Below are positions 26,848-32,000 of a stretch of 32,000 nt of DNA, one piece after another; within the stretch, counting starts at the first letter, position 1; each line of letters begins with the position of its first letter. Made by a program: the position numbers and the translations under genes. Below the pieces are notes generated by a model. That model saw nothing but the letters and a program-made list of their open reading frames with translations, was not told the origin of the DNA and ran no database searches. Origin of the DNA: an uncultured archaeon (GTDB lineage: Archaea > Asgardarchaeota > Thorarchaeia > Thorarchaeales > Thorarchaeaceae); the NCBI GenBank assembly GCA_964648855.1, contig CAZYLT010000003.1:120001-152000 (forward strand), read 5' to 3'.

Positions 26848-28560
26848 GTGATCAGCGGTGCTGTCCTGTATGACCTTGCAGGAGCAAAAGAATGGGCAAG
26901 AATCCAGTTCACTAAAGAAGACTTCCCAGATAAAGTGCCAGAAGAAGTTATCTCACAATTCTTTGATTTAATATTGCACGATGATATGGAGAGCTGCGTG
27001 ACAATCCGAGTGTCAGGTATTTCATTTTGTTTGGCACGAGTTGACGAGAAGACTTTGCTCCTCACATATTCGTTTGACAAGGAAACCGGAGCTGATGATG
27101 TAGATAGAACAGTCAAATTACGGGACCATCTGGCTGACCTTCTTATGGCTGAGTCTCCTAGAGATGCTAGCAAGAGGTGGCATAGGATAGCTGGCAAGGT
27201 TCTTCGGAAAAACATACACATCCGGTTTGCAGTCCCATCTACTCTCTTGAACAGCTCGAAACCTGGACTTGGAGTTCAGCGAGTTCTGCAAACCTGTGGG
27301 ACTGGGACCAAGGCACAAGAGGGTCTGATTGTAGGCCCCTTCGAAATATCTTCAACACTCAGTCAAATAACCGAATTGGCTGAGGACGGTTCTTATCTCA
27401 ATTCTCCAACTGATGACGTGATCCTTACGATTGTCAGAAGAGATGTTTTCACCAATGCGATGATTGAGGCGCTTGAGGAAATTAAGGAAAACGTTCCGAT
27501 TCCAATATTGATAGTTCCTGCATCAGATGAAGATTTGGAATTTACACGTAGTTTGGAGAGTCGAGGCTTCAGGCTGTGCGACTCCATTACAGACGACCCA
27601 GTTGATTTGACGCTTGCCATTCTAGCGATGATGGGCGAGTCGTATATGCAACCTGAACTTGCTCGAAAGAAATGGGTCATCAGCGAACCTCAAGAACCTA
27701 TAGAAGAATCGAAGTCCGACGAAGAGAAGGAAGAGTTTGGTCACAAGGCATTTTTCGTTGTTAGCAGACAATCTGGTGAGGCTGTTTTTAGCTACTATTA
27801 CGATGTTAGCAGCGAGTTTCTTGAACGCTCACCTAATGTCATTGCTGCCATAACTATGTTTGAATTTGATACAAAAGAGGACAGCAGAACATCAGTATTT
27901 CGAACAGGAGAGCTCGTATATGCCGTCATCGAACACGAAGACCTCATTTTCGCTTTGATAACCGGACAGCATAAAGGCATAGATGACTTGCGTCGCCGAT
28001 TCTCGTTTCTTCCTGAACTCTGGACGGAGGGGGACCCTGAAAACCTCCGTTGTGACAGCCAGCCGTATCACTCACCACCCTTCGCCTTGAAGCTTCTTGC
28101 AACGCTGCCCTCGGAGAAGCTACCTATGCGATACTACCCGATTAGAAAGAAGGAGCCAGACTGGGACGAATTTCGCTATCCGGAGGTAAGGGACCTTTTG
28201 AAAGCTGTGTGGCAAGCGATAGAGCAGCCAATCATTGTGGAACGGTTTGCCGCCAGCGAGGGTCCGAACATGACTCTGGGTGCTATTCATCTTCTCCGCA
28301 TTCTGGGGGCCATTGACTTTGGAGTGAAGATTTCCCTTGACGACAAGCCAATCTTTGTGGACGAATTGAGTGATGATACAAAGCGAGTCTACTCACATAT
28401 TGACCAAATCAGAAAACATACGAATGGAAACAGAACCATCAAGACAATTGGCGAGGCTGTTGGAATAGCTCCTACTGTGCTTCTCCGAGTGTTCCAAGAC
28501 CTGCATCGACGAGGATTGGTTCATTTCAGAAATGCTGATATGTCATCAGAAAACTCTTAG
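26848..28560 (+). CDS. Putative longin - pseudo-GTPase - longin - tandem winged-helix protein
   Basis: Segment-by-segment similarity by eye to the downstream GTPase. GTG 26848 after AGGAG gives MISGAVLYD, paralleling MIHNVLLIK (track start 26824). The CDS is well supported; the domain calls are inferred. Confidence 0.7.
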   Translation: MISGAVLYDLAGAKEWARIQFTKEDFPDKVPEEVISQFFDLILHDDMESCVTIRVSGISFCLARVDEKTLLLTYSFDKETGADDVDRTVKLRDHLADLLMAESPRDASKRWHRIAGKVLRKNIHIRFAVPSTLLNSSKPGLGVQRVLQTCGTGTKAQEGLIVGPFEISSTLSQITELAEDGSYLNSPTDDVILTIVRRDVFTNAMIEALEEIKENVPIPILIVPASDEDLEFTRSLESRGFRLCDSITDDPVDLTLAILAMMGESYMQPELARKKWVISEPQEPIEESKSDEEKEEFGHKAFFVVSRQSGEAVFSYYYDVSSEFLERSPNVIAAITMFEFDTKEDSRTSVFRTGELVYAVIEHEDLIFALITGQHKGIDDLRRRFSFLPELWTEGDPENLRCDSQPYHSPPFALKLLATLPSEKLPMRYYPIRKKEPDWDEFRYPEVRDLLKAVWQAIEQPIIVERFAASEGPNMTLGAIHLLRILGAIDFGVKISLDDKPIFVDELSDDTKRVYSHIDQIRKHTNGNRTIKTIGEAVGIAPTVLLRVFQDLHRRGLVHFRNADMSSENS

Positions 28561-28640
28561 ATGTATTAACAACAAGAGATTATTGTACACATCAATATAG
28601 ACAATATATCTTGATATTTGCACACGTTTGGTGATTACCC

Positions 28641-30608
28641 ATGATACACAACGTCCTCCTCATCAAAAAGAGAACAGGGGACGTTGTCGTGAGTGCTCGC
28701 TTCTGGAAGGTTGATTTCGAAGAAGAGCACATCCAAGACTTCTTGATTGGACGGCAAGAGATGCAGGAGACAGAGGGCCTGGCCGAAGATACCCCTGTCT
28801 ATGTGGATGAACACAAGGTCTTCCATGGCGAGGTAGGGGGAGACTTCTTGCTCATCTTTGCAACGGATGGGAGAGATGAGGACCGTACCATCCAGCATAA
28901 GATACGAGAGGGGTCCGCGCGTATTGAAACCGCACTCCGAGGCAATACGCTGGGCTACATAAAAGACAATCTTGAGGAGCTTCTCGGTGAACTCATCTTC
29001 ACCCGCTTCAAGATTTCCTTTGTGGGCTCTGGCGGTGTGGGCAAGTCGACATTGTTGCGCCTTCTCTTCGGTAGAGAACCCGCCCCGGGCGGTTATGTTC
29101 CTACAATAAATGTGGCTGTGGACAGCAGCGAAACTATTCAGTTTGGCACTTTCCTCGTTACAATATGGGACTTTGCCGGGCAGGCCGTTTTTCAGGACCT
29201 CTGGAGCTTTTATTTTCAAGGCACAGACGTGATTTTCCTCATCACGGACAGCAGTTTCCGAAACGTAATGCAGACAAAGTCACTGATGCGGAATATTAAG
29301 AAGGAGGCTCCGGCTGTCCCCTTGTTCATTGTTGCGAACAAACAGGACCTTCCTGAATCGATGGCAGGCGACAAGATTCAGCGTCTATTGGGAGCTCCCA
29401 CATTCTCAATGGTGGCCACGGATAAGACTCGTCGTGAAGAGTTCATCCGATTCATGCTAGAGGTTGCCGCGAAGACTGTTGGCGTCCAGTTGCCAAACCG
29501 TCCAATCAGTGAAATGATAACGGTTCGACGAAAGACTGAGGAAATTGACCGCCCTGAACTACAGAGAGATCGGGATATCACAGAGTCAGGGTTCGAAGAG
29601 GTTCCTCTAGAGGGTGAGGAGGAGGATGCTAAGCTCCCGATTGATACGTCACACGCAGCAGTCGCTGCCATGGCTGAAGATAAAGGAGCGGCAGAAGGGG
29701 ACGGGATAGAGGCTGATGTAGCGGCTCAAGTTCCCGCAACCACAAAAATCCTCAATCTCATTCTGATGCTTAATAATAAAGGTAACTTCCAGAATGCCTA
29801 TCATTTGGATTACGCAGAGGAGGCTGTCGATACGACGACTATTGCATCTCTCATCTCTGCTCTCGACTCATTTGGAGGAATCGATGCAGTACCAGAGGGT
29901 CAAGTCAATCGAACAGACGCTTTGGAGACTATCGAGCACGAAGGAAATCTTGTGATGGTTGAGAAGTCGCGACATTTCGTCATGGCGTTGATTGCGACCA
30001 ATGACAACAAGGAAGTAGAACAGCGAAAGAAGATGTCCGCCTTGCTAGTAGAGCTGGAGCAGGAATTCGAAGACATGTGGGACGACTGGGAAAAGAGTGA
30101 AGTGGAACCGAAGGAGTTTGAAACCTCAATCTTCACAACCCTTGAGGAGTTCCCTCTGATGCCGGTGCATCTTGATTATATTGTGCGAGTAAGAGAAGCT
30201 GGAAGACCCTTACCATTTCAAAATCGCGATATGGGACGAGCAATTGTTCAGGTACAAAGTGAGATTGATGGTTCTGAATCAGTGGGCAATCTTGTTAGAT
30301 CTCTAGACCTTCCACGGGAAAAAGTGATAGGTTCTCTTCAGATTCTCAATAAATTCGGTTGGGTTGACTTCCAAGTGGAGATTGGTCCAACGAGTCACCT
30401 GAAGAGGAGCGGAAACGTAGATTCCGATATTGTCAAAATCTATGGACCGGTAGTTTTGGAATTTGTTGAACTCTGCGATGGGAACAAACAACTTGAGGAA
30501 ATTGTGAAAGAAATCAACTCCAAGGGTAAGAAACGAGCAACTGTACCTTCTATGGGTTTTGTTGCCACCAAACTGGTACTCAAGGGCGTCCTTGAAGTTG
30601 TTGCGTAG
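28641..30608 (+). CDS. Arf/Rab-like small GTPase fused to longin-like domains and C-terminal winged helices (Asgard eukaryotic signature protein)
   Basis: G1 GSGGVGKS, G2 YVPT, G3 WDFAGQ, G4 NKQD. The N-terminal MIHNVLLIKKRTGDVVVSARF and internal ILNLILMLNNKG...IASLISALDSF are longin-like. Confidence 0.88.
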   Translation: MIHNVLLIKKRTGDVVVSARFWKVDFEEEHIQDFLIGRQEMQETEGLAEDTPVYVDEHKVFHGEVGGDFLLIFATDGRDEDRTIQHKIREGSARIETALRGNTLGYIKDNLEELLGELIFTRFKISFVGSGGVGKSTLLRLLFGREPAPGGYVPTINVAVDSSETIQFGTFLVTIWDFAGQAVFQDLWSFYFQGTDVIFLITDSSFRNVMQTKSLMRNIKKEAPAVPLFIVANKQDLPESMAGDKIQRLLGAPTFSMVATDKTRREEFIRFMLEVAAKTVGVQLPNRPISEMITVRRKTEEIDRPELQRDRDITESGFEEVPLEGEEEDAKLPIDTSHAAVAAMAEDKGAAEGDGIEADVAAQVPATTKILNLILMLNNKGNFQNAYHLDYAEEAVDTTTIASLISALDSFGGIDAVPEGQVNRTDALETIEHEGNLVMVEKSRHFVMALIATNDNKEVEQRKKMSALLVELEQEFEDMWDDWEKSEVEPKEFETSIFTTLEEFPLMPVHLDYIVRVREAGRPLPFQNRDMGRAIVQVQSEIDGSESVGNLVRSLDLPREKVIGSLQILNKFGWVDFQVEIGPTSHLKRSGNVDSDIVKIYGPVVLEFVELCDGNKQLEEIVKEINSKGKKRATVPSMGFVATKLVLKGVLEVVA

Positions 30609-30621
30609 GAGCTCAAAGGTT

Positions 30622-32000
30622 TTAGATTTTTATTCTAATCCTTTGCCGTATATCTGGCATTGTTATACCCTTAGGTATTTCTGTTGAAGGTGTATGCACT
30701 ATAATCGGTTTCCCCTTGCAGCTATCGATATACTGACTCAGATTTTCAGATGAAGAATGAGCACTCAGGCGCGCATATGCCACTTCACATTCATACGGTT
30801 CAAGTCCATTCACTATATTCCATCCAGGCGTTCTTGGAGCGAGATAACCGCAAGGAATAACCGCTGCGTCGGGGTTGTTTCGGTGCTGCTTGAAGTGATA
30901 CCGTGCAAGCCCGCCTCCCATCATTCCTCCACCAGCGACCAGGACATCATGCTTGTTGAGCTCTACTTTGTTCTTCTTCATACCCTCCCATCTTCCCTTC
31001 AGCCCCACCATTTTGGTTATTCTTTCCGCGAGGCCTGCTACCATCACATTTCGTTTTGAAGTAACTCCAATCTCATCCAATATCTTCAGAATCTCTTGAG
31101 ACCGCCCAACTGCAAAGCTGGGAATTATAACGGGTCCGTGTTTTTCTATTGTTTCAGACAGAAGTGTAGCCACAGCCGCACGATCAAAGTCCTCTCTTCC
31201 CCAATACGTTCCGTCAAAAATCACATAATCACAGTCAGAGGGGAGGTTTGCTCCTGGGAACAAGACAGAGGTGTCCAGATTGAAGTCTCCAGTATAAAGA
31301 ATCCGAACACCTTCAATATCGATAATATAAGCGACACTACCTGGGATATGACATGCGTCTATAGGTGTGGCTATGATTCCAGGCCCAATTTCAACACTCG
31401 TGCCTTTTTCAAGAGATACATGATTCTTTATCACGCGTGCAATGTTCTTTCCAGTGAATTTTGAAATGAGATCTCTTTTGTCTTCTCGCCTTGGAGGCAA
31501 GGGCGTTCCAACCTTAATTGCGTCTTCTAGGAGTTCCTTGGTGATTGCTCCTGTAATTCCTGTAGCACACCATTTTCCCTCGTAGGAATCAAATAGAATT
31601 GGTAATCCACCTATATGATCCAGGTGTGCATGAGATATTAGAACGCTGTCAAGAGCATTCAATTCAGGTATCCATTCTGGAATCCTTTGGTTCGCTACAG
31701 AAAGCCCAAAATCTAGGAGAACGCTTCCATTGTTAGTCTTGATTACAATCCCACTATGTCCAATTCTTGGGCCTCCAATGAATATAAGCTCAATCTCTTT
31801 GGTATCTGTAGCGTAAGCCACAGCCGGAAGCATATTCATTCTCATTTTTTCCGGAATCATCTCAAATACAACTGGGTCTATCTCCTCAGCAGGAGGCGGA
31901 TTAGGCAATTTTTGGATTCTTACAGGTAAAGTGGACGCCGAATGGCTCTGATATCCAATGTCCTTGAACAATGATCTGATTTTCTTGTGAGTTGCAGAAA
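30622..32000 (-). CDS. Metallo-beta-lactamase / beta-CASP family nuclease (aCPSF-like), 5' end beyond window
   Basis: LLDFG, SHAHLDHIG, ACHIPGS, YTGDF, IPSFAVGRSQE, SAHS. The frame stays open from the TTG at 31971 to the window edge. Confidence 0.9.
   Translation of the reverse strand, partial: SATHKKIRSLFKDIGYQSHSASTLPVRIQKLPNPPPAEEIDPVVFEMIPEKMRMNMLPAVAYATDTKEIELIFIGGPRIGHSGIVIKTNNGSVLLDFGLSVANQRIPEWIPELNALDSVLISHAHLDHIGGLPILFDSYEGKWCATGITGAITKELLEDAIKVGTPLPPRREDKRDLISKFTGKNIARVIKNHVSLEKGTSVEIGPGIIATPIDACHIPGSVAYIIDIEGVRILYTGDFNLDTSVLFPGANLPSDCDYVIFDGTYWGREDFDRAAVATLLSETIEKHGPVIIPSFAVGRSQEILKILDEIGVTSKRNVMVAGLAERITKMVGLKGRWEGMKKNKVELNKHDVLVAGGGMMGGGLARYHFKQHRNNPDAAVIPCGYLAPRTPGWNIVNGLEPYECEVAYARLSAHSSSENLSQYIDSCKGKPIIVHTPSTEIPKGITMPDIRQRIRIKI

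Noticed and set aside
23170-26850. Integrated element bounded by att repeats of the tRNA-Cys 3' end
   Set aside because: No second copy of CCCAAGGCCGGCTCCA was seen by eye, and there is no integrase or transposase in the window.
28635-29219. 194-aa minus-strand ORF
   Set aside because: Antisense shadow of the GTPase gene; RLAHTARAH is simply the reverse complement of the P-loop codons.
1-32000. CRISPR arrays, rRNA, IS elements, tandem repeats
   Set aside because: None seen; intergenic regions are short and non-repetitive.

Overview
Archaeal chromosomal window, most likely from an Asgard archaeon (Thorarchaeia-like). This is inferred from TFB, archaeal GGAGGTGA ribosome-binding sites, a group 3b hydrogenase and a longin-fused small GTPase. 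Contents in order: a partial PLP aminotransferase, 2-phosphoglycerate-kinase-like and SSB-like genes; a complete group 3b [NiFe] sulfhydrogenase operon (beta-gamma-delta-alpha); an unusual multi-domain membrane protein; a CoA-disulfide reductase/NADH oxidase; a macrodomain + degenerate macrodomain + Nudix cluster; tfb; a feoA / split feoB / membrane protein / feoC-like operon with a DtxR-type palindrome; a LarA-family gene; cysS; several small genes; tRNA-Cys(GCA); a pair of Eco31I/Alw26I-like DNA methyltransferases (m6A plus circularly permuted m5C) with no visible endonuclease; and a partial beta-CASP nuclease. The most notable feature is at 26.8-30.6 kb, where two tandem genes appear to share the architecture longin - G-domain - acidic linker - longin - two winged helices. 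One has an intact Arf-like GTPase and the other what looks like a dead pseudo-GTPase, and both end in modules reminiscent of GATOR1 NPRL2/NPRL3. All homology calls were made by eye and from recalled family motifs; no database searches were run.
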